This document shows positions 50,202 through 62,966 of a stretch of DNA of 64,000 nt, in pieces (position 1 is the first letter of the stretch; every line of letters begins with the position of its first letter). The notes under the pieces were generated by a model. That model did no database searches, was not told the DNA's origin, and saw only the letters and a list, made by a program, of their open reading frames with translations. This DNA is from Lama glama (Eukaryota), in the NCBI GenBank assembly GCA_028534125.1, contig CM052817.1, positions 10,418,001 through 10,482,000 on the forward strand. The letters run 5' to 3'. Position numbers and translations under genes: made by a program.

Positions 50202-51077
50202 GGTTTCAAAGAGCAGCAAATTGGACACGTGCCGGTCCAAAAGCCACTCTGCCATCCCGCCCCCTTGACTCAGCTTTGACAGGACAGGCTGCAGCTGTTT
50301 TTTCACAGAGCCTCACTGTGTTTTTAAAAATGGCAGGGAAAGGCAAAGAAAAGGGCCTTGTTCCATCCACATGGGTTGGCTTGGGGTTTTCCCTTTGATG
50401 GGGGAGGGGGTCTGGAGGGGTGGACATGCGCACAAGCTGGTTAGTGAGAGCCCTGACTGCTGAGTTTACCTTTAGATTAAGAGCATTACTCCAGGGTATC
50501 TGGGAATGTCAGAGATGACTCAGTCCCATTTTAATTTTGTTTGTAGAGGAGTAAAGTGAGGCACAGAGCGGGTGAGTGATTTGCCAAATGACACAAAGAG
50601 ACAGGGAGTGACAGGACTTGTGTCACAGCCCAGAACTCTTCCATCTCTACGCCTGGTCCTAATGTTCTCAGGGTGACTTCGTCTAGTATCTGACAGAGCT
50701 AAGAAGGCATTTCTGTCCCATCAGGGTGGCTCCCCACTGTTGCTGACCAGCGGGAGGGGAAGTGTTTCTTGAGCCCTTGCAGTGCGTAAGCCCAGGGCTC
50801 CAAGCTTTATCTGGATGTTTCTGCTCTGTGCTTTTTTTTTTTTTTTCTGCTCTGTGCTCTTGAAAAACCCACAAGGCAACATGCGGGCATCATTCTCATT
50901 TTAGGACTGAGGGCACTGGGGTCTGGAGAGGAGGAACAATTTGGCTTGGGATCTCCCAATTCCCCATTTGGTGTCCTTTCTGTGACGCCTGACACTTCTG
51001 CCCCATGATGAGGAGGAGGGGGCAGTGCAGAGTTCTTGTCAATATTGGTGTAATAACTCTGCCTCTGTGTCCTGATC

Positions 51078-51307
51078 TGAGGTCAGTAAACTTTGGCCTG
51101 AGGTCCGTCTCATTATAATGGCCCTTCACTTGTTCTTATAAATAAAGTTTTATTGGAACATAGCCATGCACATTCATTTGAATGTCTTCTGTACTTGCTT
51201 ATTTGTTACCATGCCAGACTTGAGTGGGTGTGACAGAGACCTAATGGTCTGCAAAGCCTAAAATATTTTCTATGTGACTCTTTACAGAAAATTTATGTCA
51301 CCCTTTG
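51078..51307 (+). mobile_element. MER58A-like hAT-Charlie DNA transposon relic
   Basis: aaataaagttttattggaacatagccatgcacattcattt...ttgagtgggtgtgacagagac...gcaaagcctaaaatatttt...ctttacagaaaa. Confidence 0.85.
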
Positions 51308-51884
51308 CTCTACGTCATAGATGAAGAAGCTGAATGGAACCTAGCCCACGATCTGCTCTGCGGCCACCACTGGAAACCTTTGCCAAGAGGTCCGTGATCA
51401 CCACTCCTTATAGTCAGTGCTTGTCCAGAGCCAGGATGCAAAGAATTACTGATATAAACCAGTCCGAGCCAAATGGCAACACTGTTGGTCCATTCAGTAA
51501 TTCATTCTCCACTAACATAAGCCAAATGACCCTGAACGGCATTTCCAAATGTCTATCACCTCCTTTACTTTGGAAGACATCTCTTTACTTATTTCTGCAA
51601 ATCTCTTATTTCAGAGGCTGACTGCCACACGTCTTCACCCAACAAGTAGGAAGCCCCCTCCGCTGTGCTCTCTGCTGGGCGCTCTCCAGGGTAGTTAAGG
51701 TGAAGTCACAGCGCAGTGGCCTCACTGGGATCTGGGAAGCAGCCACAATCACTTGCTAATAACAGTAGTTCAAATCCTGAAGCTTAGGACTAACTGACTA
51801 TTAAATAAAAAACCAGACCCAATTCCTGTTTTCAGTAAACCGTGGAAACCTGCCCTAGGGCATGGGAACAGGTAAAGATGGCAG

Positions 51885-52110
51885 ACCCTGATTGAATCAA
51901 GCCTGCCTCGGTTTAAATCCCAGTTTCACGGCTTTTAACCTGCAAAGTTTGGGGCAAATCACCCTGAGCCACAATGTCCTCATCTGTAAAATGGGGGTAC
52001 TAATAGTACTTATCTGAAAAAAAGATTTTTTGTGGAGCTTAAATTCTTTAAAAAATGTATCATTCAGTAGGAGGATGCTTGACAGGTAGACTATGTGCAG
52101 ACTAGTTATT
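51885..52110 (+). mobile_element. MIR
   Basis: ggtttaaatcccagtttcac...ccctgagccacaatgtcctcatctgtaaaatgggggtactaatagtac. Confidence 0.78.
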
Positions 52111-53299
52111 GTCATTTACTGAGCATCTAAAATATGCAGGAGTCTTCTAAGAGCTTAGCATGGGTCATCTTGAACCTGTAACCCTGAAGCTGTCACCTGA
52201 TTTATGGTAGCCTCCTTTCGAGAAAGGAGGAATTAGTCACATCTGGTGTTTGGGGAAGGGTGGAGAACCCACAGCTTGTGTTATCTATGTGATACTCAGA
52301 AATAGATCTTTGACTGGATGATATCATTTCTCAAGTGGTGGGAAAGCAACTTTTTTAAGTAGCACACGTAGAAATAAGAGCTTAGAATTTGAACTCCATT
52401 TTCTTAACTTCTCCTGAAAAATTTAGAGGAGGGCTTATTAAAATCATAGATCTATCCCTGAGAGTAGGTCAACTGGACGAGCATCATCTGTCAAGTGTCC
52501 CTTGGAAGAAAAAAGTCTGGCAAATCTCTATTCTTATGTAGAATCACATTTCCCTTTCAGTCTGTCATGAGTTTCCTCCTCTGTACAGAGCCAGGCTCCC
52601 AGGCTCGTTGTGAGAGAGAAACGAGCTACTTCGCGGAAAACCTGCTACACGCAGTGGGATGGACCCACTGTCACCACCAGAACCCTCAGCTCACCTGCCA
52701 CTGTCCCATCAAGTCTGGGCTCCCTCGGCAGCCAGAACCCGAGCACCCACTGGTGCAGGGCTCAGCCAGTGCCCCGGAGAAGGAAACAAACCTACAATTA
52801 GAACCTTGGGCTGAAGGTGTGCAAACGGATGAGCATTCCATGCCGACACTGTCTGGGAGCCCGAATGGCTAGAATCCCAGACTCTTCATCATCAGGAGGG
52901 CCTGGTGGGTGAATCACGGAGCCATGCCCCTCCCCAGTGGCAGGCGGGGTCCACGCCACTGGGAACCGTGCGAGAGCTCCGGGGACACAGCGCACACAAA
53001 GGTGCTACCATGTCTCATAAGCCGTCCGCACAAAGCTCCTCCACAAGCAGTTGGGGACTGGGATGCCATTAAGGGGCACAGGCCAGGGTCAAGCAGTGAT
53101 AGTTGCTTTCCGCACAGGATAAAAGTGGGCGGCGGCCAGCTTGCTGCTGTTTAATGAGTCAACATTCTCATCATTTCAGCAGGAAAATGCTGCCTGGTGT
53201 GCAGTGGGATGCCATTTCCAGAGCTGCCTCCTGCTCCTTGGCCGGGTACATGGACGAGACCAAGACTCCAGTGACAGTGACAACAGCAGCAGCCATGAC

Positions 53300-53515
53300 C
53301 ATTTACTGAGCACTTCTACCAGGTGCCTTAAAGGTGTTCTTCATTCGTGATTAGAGCAGCCCCCTGTGAGGAGGGTACCATTACCATGCCATTTTCACAG
53401 CTGAGAAAACCAAGGCTCGGAGATGTTAACCAACTGACTTGCAATCACACAGCCTGTGAGTGACAAACCCCAATTAGAAGCCAATTCCATTTGAGTTCAG
53501 AACCTGCAATCCTAA
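53300..53515 (-). mobile_element. MIR
   Basis: catttactgagcactt...ccattttcacagctgagaaaaccaaggctcggagatgttaa...cacacagc. Confidence 0.75.
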
Positions 53516-54050
53516 CTGCTAAGTCTAGTGGATAAAGGTATCCCCCATCCCAACACTGTCTTGGGGCCACGTCAGAGCAGGAGAAGAACAAAATGGGAAG
53601 GAAGTCTGGGGGCGCTGCTGAGACTTCAGTGATGTCTGAGCGTTGGTGAGGCCCTGGGACTGCCCCTGAGCTCACTACCGGAGAGGCAAGAGTTAATGGA
53701 ATGCAAACTGTGCCCTTGTTTACTTGCGTTCTACTTTCTTTTTTCAACTATACAACTGGGAAGGGCTACAATACTTTCCTACTCCTTATTAAAAAACGAA
53801 AATCTGTTTAGGCAGCAGCTACGGCACAAAGACAGATAGATCTATTATGGGCGAAAATGAGCCAAACTACAGGCCGGCCAGCATCAGCGGAGGTGGGGCT
53901 TGGCATCAGCCTGTCAACAGGGTGTTTAATTAGAGATTAAACACCCTGCCTCTCGCAGGGTCAGGAAAATAAGACACAATGGCGATTCTCATTCCTGACA
54001 ATAGCAGGGAGAGAATGTGTCCTTCAAGGGAAGAAAAGAACCAACCTTCT

Positions 54051-54100
54051 TTCCTTCCTTCCTTCCTTCCTTCCTTCCTTCCTTCCTTCCTTCCTTCCTT
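54051..54100. repeat. (TTCC)12 microsatellite
   Basis: 12 perfect units from 54051. Confidence 0.97.
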
Positions 54101-54734
54101 CTTTCCCCCTTTCTCCCCCCACCCCCTTTTCTCAAGTCATCACTGAAAATTCTGGTTTGTGACCAAGGGGGTTGTGATTCTGAGGAAAGGTGGTAATTAC
54201 CACAATTTTCCTTTTCAGGGAAAAAGGCATGAATCTGTTTCACAGTTGCTATCTTGGCTTAAAATCTGTAAAGACCAAGTTTTTATCTGATGTGTTCTGC
54301 CTAATAGCACCAGTCCGACTTCTTACCTTTAGGGGTTTCTAGCTCCCCCGAGCATCGGCATGCATGTATTCTACTAAGAGACTGTGTTGAGGACACTTGT
54401 GGATACTGAATAAATAACTGCTGGGTGACTAGATGAATGTCAGAAGGAGGAGGACTTTAGAGTTCAGGTTATTCCTGCAGCCCCCATGGTGGATCTCGGA
54501 GCTGGGGTTGTGCGTTACTCTTAAAATAGGCAGCAAGAAGAAAAACTTGGGTCTTTCCGGAACATGCCCTCTCATCACACATGCCCTCTGTTTAAAAATA
54601 AATGTTAGCTAGCTCTGAAATGTGTTCCAATGGCTTTTTTGGAAGCATCAGGTGTTTGCAGGGAGGTTGGGGTTCCTTATGCTGCTGAATGTGCTATTTC
54701 TCTCTGCTGTTATTGTAATAAGTCAGTCCTGGCT

Positions 54735-54942
54735 TGGGTCACTTACTATATGGGAACATCTGGCCATGTCTGGACACACTTCGGGCTGCCATTAAGTGAT
54801 GGGGTGTGAGTGGCATCTAGCGGGTAGAGGCCAAGGATGCTGCCAAACATCCTGCAGTGCATGGGACCACCCCCTCCCTTCACCCTGCAGCACAGAACTG
54901 TCCAACCCAGAATGCCAACAGTGCCCAGATGAGAAACTGGGT
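54735..54942 (+). mobile_element. MER20-like hAT-Charlie DNA transposon relic
   Basis: acatctggccatgtctggacac...tggcatctagcgggtagaggccaaggatgctgccaaacatcctgcagtgcatgggac...aatgccaacagtgcccagatgagaaac. Confidence 0.88.
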
Positions 54943-55924
54943 TACCCAACAAGAGGTTCTGGTTGAAAAGGGGTAGAACCACGAGTATCAAAATGAGAAC
55001 ATTTCTTCCTCTTACGCATTTCTTCCCTACTTGGACAAGGCCCATTAAATTCCATTGAGTCTCTGTGCCCGGAGCGCAGAGAGAGCACATAGGAAAATTA
55101 GAGCAAAGATCAATAACAGTAATAACAATAACGACTCACATTTATATATTGCTTTACTGTTTGCCAAGTGCGCTCCCATACATTAACTCAACCATGGCTG
55201 TGCTGGGGAAGGAAGTTGGAAAGATTTCCCTAAGAATATTTCCCAATTTATGCATTTCCAGATTTAACGGTTTAAAACAAATTAGAGATAGATTAAACGA
55301 AGTACCTTTGGTCAAACAGAAAAGCAATTACATGATAGGAAATTGTAATAATCCATCACAGGCACCAGGTTCTGAATCCCAGTGCTGGTTGTAGTGTCTG
55401 CTGGCATCTGCCACAGATGCATGACACAAAGATCGCCCTTCATCTTTGAAACACCAAAGATAAGAGCCATTGCCGTGGAGGAGGTGACGGGAGAGGAGCC
55501 CCGGGTGTCCCCAGTGATATTTAGAAGCACCTCGCTTTTGGTTGAGTTCCTGTGTATTGAGTTGGACTGGGACTTGGGAACATTCTCATATTATTTCTGG
55601 GGCATATTTTTGCAAGGTAGGGATTGTCACTCACTCTTATCTGATGGATAAGGAAACTGAGAAGTTGTACAACTGTCTCACACAGGCAAGCAACACAGGC
55701 ACACAAGTGAGAACAACTGGTGAGCCAGGATTTGAACCCTGGTCTGTCCACCCCGCCACCCCCTCCTTGTCTGTAACAGATGATGACATCATTTGGGATC
55801 TGTAAATGCTTGGTCCCTGGTACATAGCAGATACTGAATCAGCATTTGTTATTGTCATTGAAAGCAGCTCTTTTGCCCCTTTCCTGTTTGTCCATTTCTG
55901 TCCCCCTTTAACCTTAAGGGAAAC

Positions 55925-56398
55925 CAATTATAGGAATGAAATCACTAAGCAATTGAAACTAACTCTTGACTTATGCTCTCCTGAATGCACACCATGCCTT
56001 GTCTAGCCTGTTGATTCTTTTCCTAGATAAACAGAAGGAAGAAGGAAGAATGAAGCAGCTAAAGAATGATTAGCCCACTACCCCAGCTGCCCCCCAGCAA
56101 GCCTACAGGCAGACCATGGGGCAAGATAACATCTGAAGGGGCAGCCAGTCTGCCTGCAACAGAGAATGAGGCAAAACCCAACCTCTTGCTTCAGTGATTC
56201 ACTCAGGTTCTTCCCTCCATTTTTCCTTTAAAACCTGTCGTGACTGAGAAGAATCTTTGGAGTTGGTCTCTGGACATGAGTCCACCTTCTCCCCAGATTG
56301 CTGGCTTGTCTAATTAAAGCACCTTTCCTTTCTACTGACACTTGCCTTTCAATGACTGGCTTTTGAGCGGTGAGCAGCCAAGCCTGAGTTTGGTAATA
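55925..56398 (+). mobile_element. probable ERV1-type solo LTR (MER34/MER39-like 3' end)
   Basis: TATA-like cctttaaaacc, ATTAAA signal, and terminal ggcttttgagcggtgagcagccaagcctgagtttggtaata; 5' boundary uncertain. Confidence 0.65.
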
Positions 56399-56721
56399 TC
56401 TTTTTCCTGGAGAAAATTAATGAAGAAATAAAAATCTCATGTATTGACAGCACACATGCACACACGTGCACACGTGCACACACACACACACCCACCTTCT
56501 TGCTCTTTGTCAGTGGTAAAGGAGTCATATATGGCTTTTATTCTTATTCAGCACTATGATAGCAAAATATCTGAGTTATTAACTAGCAATCCAAAAATGA
56601 AGTCCTCATTTACTTTCATGCTTATGTATATGGAAGCTCCACAAACAATAGCATACTCAAATTACTAACTTGTGTCCACATTCTAAATTTTGTCACTTTT
56701 CTTCCTTGGATGTACTCAATA

Positions 56722-56968
56722 AATTTTTTTTTATTTTGAAATAATTGTAGGTTCACATGCTGTTGTAGGAAATGATACAGACAAACCTTGAATACTCTTC
56801 CCTTGGCGTTCCCCAGTGGTACCATCTGGCAGAGCTCAAGCACAGTAACTATGACAACCAGGGACATGGTGTTGATGTTGACATGCAGCCCCACCTTATC
56901 CAGAGTTCGCCACCTGGACACACATGCATATGTGTGTGTCTAGCTTCATGCAGTTTTATCACGTGCAC
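56722..56968 (-). mobile_element. old L1MC-like 3' end
   Basis: ttttattttgaaataattgtaggttcacatgctgttgtaggaaatgatacaga...ccccagtggtaccatctggcagagct. Confidence 0.75.
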
Positions 56969-57249
56969 TTTTTTATTCTGTGGTATGATAAGCACTCTGT
57001 GTAACTTCAGTAAAAGTCTAGGGTCCAAAACAATGATGAGGCACACTTCTAATGCAGATAGAGTAGCTGAAATGTTTCACTGAAGACCTTCTCTGTACCA
57101 GGCACTTCTAGAACATAAAATATATTAGACAGGAAGGAAAAAAAAAACATGGCTCCTGCCGTCCTGGCACCTGTGGTCTTGTGGGAGAGGCAGGAGTCTA
57201 GATAATTCCAGGACTCAGTGAGTGCACAATGAAAGAAGCTTTTCAATCA

Positions 57250-57472
57250 CAGTTGACCCTTGAACAACATGGGGGTTAGGGATGCCGACCCCCCAGTGCA
57301 GTCGAAAATCAGCCTGTAACTTGACAGATTGCCCTCTGTATGTGCAATTCTGCATTGGTGGATTCAACCAATCTTGGATTGTGTAGTACTGTAGTATGTG
57401 TTTATTGAAAAAAGAAATCTGCCTATAAGTGAACCCATGCAGTTCAGTCTCGTGTTGTTCAAGGGTCAACTG
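57250..57472 (-). mobile_element. Tigger2-derived MITE (TcMar-Tigger), 223 bp, perfect 20-bp TIRs
   Basis: CAGTTGACCCTTGAACAACA (57250-57269) is the exact reverse complement of TGTTGTTCAAGGGTCAACTG (57453-57472); TA follows on the right and CA (mutated TA) precedes on the left. Confidence 0.92.
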
Positions 57473-60400
57473 TAGTTGCAAAAAAAATCAAGATGAATAA
57501 AATGATATATTTTGGCAGTTAATCTATTGGCTTTGATCCCAAAGTCACTTAAACCCTTAACACCATATCTATCTTAATATATTAGTAATGCTCATGCAAC
57601 AGATGTTTAACATTTTAAAATATTAGCTCTAATGATCTATCAAGATGGTGTCTGTGTATCTTTTCCCATTGCCACGATTTAATTCAATATGTTAAAACAT
57701 AAAAATAAATCAATGCCAGACTTAATTTATTCATGCATTGATTTCCCCCTTTCTTTATTATAAGATTATTTAGAATTCCATAAAATACATATATCTGCCT
57801 GTGCTTGATTAAAGAAAGATGCTCGACAGATGAGGAGGGACTATTTGGCATATTGACAGGTGCTCGTTAAGCTTTTAGAAATAAGAAGAAGAACACTATT
57901 TCATACCCACATGAGCACCTCAACTGAGAGAAGCCAGAGGAACAGTGCTTCATAACTGAGTAGCACCACGTCCACATACAAGACACATTCAGTCTCCCAC
58001 TGAGGGGAAGGGTGTGCTTAACCGGGTATATGTGTCTTAAATCACCCTATCTACAAATGAATCTAAATGCATTTTTCCCGTTGTTGCTAAATCTAGCCCA
58101 CTCTTTCCTGGAGTGTGTCCCTTACTCAGCTTATGAGAACCATGTGAAAATCCTGGCAGGGGGATAAGACAGGACTGTGGAGTATTTTGTCTTTTCTTGA
58201 CTCCATACCTGTATTGCTAGAGCATGGAGCGCGAATTCAGTTGTGTTTCCCCTGGGAAGGTATTGAAGTGCAGGAAGGCAAAGCCTCTAGGCCAGGGGCA
58301 TGGTGCCCAATGGGGACCTAGCCCAGATCACAGCCAGCGCCGCCACGTCCCTGTGGTGTACAAAGCACCATCACAGGTGCTGTGGGGAACTTCACGGAAG
58401 AGGAAACTCTATCAACCAGTGAGCGTTCTTCACCACCTGCAACCTACAGGGCACGGTGCTAAGCTCCAGAGGTACAAACAGCTCCAAGAAATCATCTCTA
58501 CCTTTGAGAAGTATGCAGTCTAAATAAGAAGCCAGGAATTAGAAGCATTTCAAGAGTGATGTAAGAATGATGTAATGCCTGATTTTATAACAGCATAAGG
58601 TCTAAGCTGTAAACACTGCAAGGAAAAGACAAAGAGAGGAAGGGCCTGAGAGCCAAGTTAAGAAGGGGTTCCTGGATATGGTGGAGTGTGCATTTAGTGT
58701 TGAAGGTGGCAGGGGAGCCAGGTGTCAGATGGAGAGGCCAGAACAGGAATCTGCCCTTGGTCTTCGAATCAGATCAGCTATAATTTGTTTCTTGGCCACT
58801 CACTTATTAGCAGTGAGTGAGAAAGTTCCTTAACGTCTGGGAGACTCCGTTTCATCTGGAAACAGGGACAGGATATTCCACACGGGAAGGGTTTGTGCTG
58901 AGGTCTGCACGTGTTAATACCTGTGACACACTTCACATCTTCAATAAGCTCTGGAGGAAGGCAACTGCTGGGACGTGGGGGCTGAGGGAAAGGAGAGGAA
59001 CAGGACGCATGAGTAACAGAAGGATGGGCAGTGGTCAGGGGTGACCGGAAGTGGGGCTGTGGGATTGAACTTCTTTCCCACGCTGCGAAGGGTCTTCTGA
59101 GCTCAGCCAACCAAATTGAAACTAAGTGCATGTGTACAAAACATGTCAACAAATTAGAAATGATTCACAGCAAACAAAACAGAAGGGAGAAAAGGACTAA
59201 CGTGTAGGAGTAAGAACTGCACAGGTTAAGTGGAAGGAGGGATGCCTGGATGGGGCAGGAAAGGTGACCAAAGCTGAGTGGTACTCGCTGGGGAGAGAAC
59301 AGGATTGCAATTCACATCCCCAAATTCAGAGCATCCACTTAGCAGCCTGGCATGCTGGTCCCTAGTAGACAAGACCTTCCTTGGGAGAAGGTCTGAGTTT
59401 ACTAATCTGAGGTTCTAGTTGACTCCATGTAGCTCCAGCACATGTTTTGGTTTTAGGTCAAAGATCCTGTTCTGTGTAATTAGAGTGCACACATAGTTTA
59501 TTCTCCAGACTTGACAGCATTTTGTTCTAATGCTAAACCATACGGGATGCCTGGAAAATGGAGAGAAACTGGAACTGTCCAGCCAAACCAGAACACATGC
59601 TCGGATTTCACACAACCTGTGTAAATAATTTAATAAATCATATTAAATTTCACTTTGTTATTCTATTCGAGAAACACTGGGAAATGGCTGGATGTCTTTT
59701 CACCAGGTTTGGTTGGTATATTTGGGACTGCGTGAATAAGAATATGGGTCTCTGTAACATTTACAGAGAGGGGACTGAGAAATGCCTCAAAGGTAAAGCC
59801 GGGCATTACCCACAACATCTGAAACAATTATGAGGGGTCCTGGGAACTTCCACACGGGAGAGATGGGCCATTGTATTCAGACCAGCAGTGGACAGAGAAA
59901 GCAAACAGCGATTTCAGAGCTCAGCCCCAAATCAGAAGTCCGCAGGCAAGATGGTCAAGCTGGCCAAACAATGACACAGGAAGTCGGGGGAGCCCTTCCC
60001 GAGTCTAGAGATTCTATAGCTCAGTGGGGTGTAGTTAAAGATGAACCGCTGTGCCATTTGGCTCCTCCACGGGAACACAGTAAAGGTCAGCTCAGGAGTT
60101 AACATTTGTTGAGCAATTATTTTGTGCCAGGCCTGCTGGCAAATTCTTTTCTTTTGTAACAGCTGCACTGAAATAGAGTTGACTAACAACAAACTGAACA
60201 TATTATTGATTTGAGGGTATTCTTATTCCCATTTGGTCATCAGGTGCCCAGTTTATAGGTGTCCCAAATATATGGTGTGTGTGGAGTGTCATGTGGGCAC
60301 TGGTGGGGTCTCAGGAGCCTGGGGGGGGGGGGCGCCCTGCCCTGGGTTGCAGGTTTCCAAGTGGAGGAAATTTCACCAGAGTAACACCCTGGGTCCCTCT

Positions 60401-60876
60401 TGGACCCCCTTCTCACTCTGACTCAGGAAATGTGGGATGAGCCTTTCGGTAAATTCTGGAGGAGATGCTGAGAAAATCCTGCTTGGCCTCAACCTCTCTT
60501 CTGTGGAGTAGGACTGCAGAAAGGGCCCATTCTCTGCTCCCCGGCGCAGTACACATTTTGGGGCAGGAAGGGAGACGGATGAGAGGATTAGGGAATGCTG
60601 GCGCTGCCCACGTGGGACGGTGAGCATGTCTTCTCCGGGGTCCCACAGAGGAAAGCCCATGTGATTCACGGGCCTCAAGTCCCATTTTCTACTCTAGCCT
60701 TTATCTTTGTAAAGGTGATTTTTGATTTCCACCTGCTTGAGTTCACTTTTTATTTTCAAACAAGTGTGGGGAGTAAGTGTGTTGTTTATTAGGCTTTCCC
60801 AAATCTCAGTGGTAGGAAATCTAAGGGACAGAAATACAGAACAGTCTCTAGCTTCATCAGCAGGTTGTGGAGGTAA

Positions 60877-61093
60877 AACATACACTCACACACACACACA
60901 TACACACATGCATGTATACACACAACACATACACACACCATATACACATATACACACACATATACACACAACACACAAACACGCACATGCATATATACAC
61001 ACAACATATACACACATACATATACACATATGCATATATACACACAACACATACACACATACACACATATGTACACACACATATTCATACATA
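60877..61093. repeat. degenerate (CA/TA)n low-complexity tract
   Basis: About 215 bp of acacacatacacacatgcat... variants; source of several spurious His/Thr and Val/Cys ORFs. Confidence 0.95.
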
Positions 61094-62129
61094 CAAATTA
61101 AGAAAATTGAAAAGATGAAATAAAAATTTTCACCTTTTCAATGCCTTGTAGTAATGTAAAAGGTACTAAGGTAATTTTTTTTTTAAACCTCCAGTTTTCT
61201 CCTCTTTCATTCATATGGTCAAGAACTTTAAAACAAAGTGAAAAGTGAAATAATTTTAGTGGAGTGACTGTGGATGCATGATCCTTTTAACTGTTGACGT
61301 TATGACATTGTGTAGTAAAGAAAGGGAATAATGCAGAGAGGGAGGGAAGGAAGGAAGGAAGGAGGAGGGAGGGGAACTTCTAGACTGAGAGAAAATTGCT
61401 AACGTCCAGCATTGGCTCTGGCCGGGCCCTCATCTTCTGCCTTTATTAACGCATTTAGTCCTTACAGCACTACACGGTCCATACTACTGCTTTTCACATC
61501 CATTTCAACAGTGAGGCAAGGCGAACAGAAGTTGTGACTGGTTTGTGATCACAGGACCTGCCAGGAGCAGGATGTGAACATCCCTGGGCTGCCTCCAGCC
61601 ATGTGCTCCTAACCTCTCCACTCTGTGGCCGCTGAGAGTGGGTGGTCAGGGAAGGAAATGGGAGATGGAGGAGGGGCATGAGAATGTTCCAGAAGGAGGA
61701 GCTGACGCAAATGAAGGGCCAGAGGTGGGGCAGCCAAAGAACCTTCCCTGGGACGCCCGCCAACCAGCCTGCCCAGAGTGGAAGTTCTGTGCAGGGACAG
61801 AGGATACAGACCATCCCTTTTCTACTTGGAACGTCTTTTTCTTTCTTGTCCCTTTTCCTCAATCAAAGCTAATTTTAACTTTCATCTTCCTCTAGGCTTG
61901 GTGAAAGGGAAGCAGGGAAACATGCTCCTGGCTTATTTTTTTTGACCAACTGCACTTAAAAGTCATCTCTGGGAGTGAATACTATTACTTGCCTTCTTAA
62001 AACGTTACTGTGTAAGCAATTTAAATACTTATGATTTACAGGATCCGTACAACGTGCAGGGAATTGCACCGAGGATGTATCTCATGTGCTGCATACAAAG
62101 ATCACCTGGCGGGGGGCATTGTCTCTAGT

Positions 62130-62235
62130 TTAAAGGTAGGAAACAAGGCTCAGAAAGGCTATGTAGCATGCCCCGTGACACACAGCAAGTAAGCTTAGAA
62201 GCATGGATTTGAATCCTGGTCTCTCCTTCTCCAAA
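62130..62235 (-). mobile_element. MIR
   Basis: aggaaacaaggctcagaaaggctatgtagcatgccccgtgacacacagcaagtaag...ggatttgaatcctggtct. Confidence 0.75.
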
Positions 62236-62534
62236 AGCCATGCTGTTGAACACTTAACCTTTCTCCACTTTTTCAACAAGTGGCAGAAGATACAGAATTG
62301 CATATGAAAACAAAAACAAGACAAAACAAGTAAAAACAAAAACAAAGACCCTCATATAATCCAACAGGTCTGCAATCTCCTATCTTACTCGTCAATGGTC
62401 CCTGACTATTACACAACCAACAAAGAGCAGAAACATCCTCACACAATTCAACTAAATAGTAAACTTGGGAACTTACCATTAAGATGAAAAGTCACAAGAA
62501 CACAGAACTTGGGTGAGCAGAATTCTCAGATTCT

Positions 62535-62966
62535 GGCTCCTGGTTATTCGATATAATCCTAATCTAGGTGCTGCTGCAAAGAAATTTTGCAGATAAAAGG
62601 ATGAAGTTTCCAATTAATCAGCCTGAGATATGGAGAGTGTCCAGGTGGGCTTGACCCAATCACATGAGCCCTTTAGAAGCAGAAAATCTTCTCTGGCTGC
62701 TCATGGGAGAGGGAGAAGCTGAGAGCTGTTCTTGGCCAGCAGTGAGCAAGAAAATGGAGATCTTAGTCCTCGAACTACAAGAAACCGAATTCTTCTAACA
62801 ACGTGAAAGAGCTTGGAGCCTAACCCAGCTGATACCTTGACTCAGGCCTTGTGAAACCCTAAGCTGAGCCCATCTGGATGTCTGACTCATGAAACCAAGA
62901 CACAATTTGTGAGTGTTATATTAAACCATTGTTGTAATTTGTTACACAGCAACAAAAACAAATATA
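62535..62966 (+). mobile_element. MaLR solo LTR (MLT1D/E-like)
   Basis: ctaatctaggtgctgctgcaaagaaattttgcagat...ccaggtgggcttgacccaatcacatgagcccttta...ttgtaatttgttacacagcaacaaaaacaaatata. Confidence 0.8.

Noticed and set aside
49626..50306. Long ORFs (184-219 aa) in the ORF track
   Set aside because: Artefacts of the second 500-N gap.
59372..59394. 8-bp stem hairpin AGACCTTC...GAAGGTCT
   Set aside because: Stems this short are expected by chance in 64 kb.
60722..61123. His/Thr- and Val/Cys-rich ORFs on both strands
   Set aside because: Translation of a degenerate CA/TA repeat.
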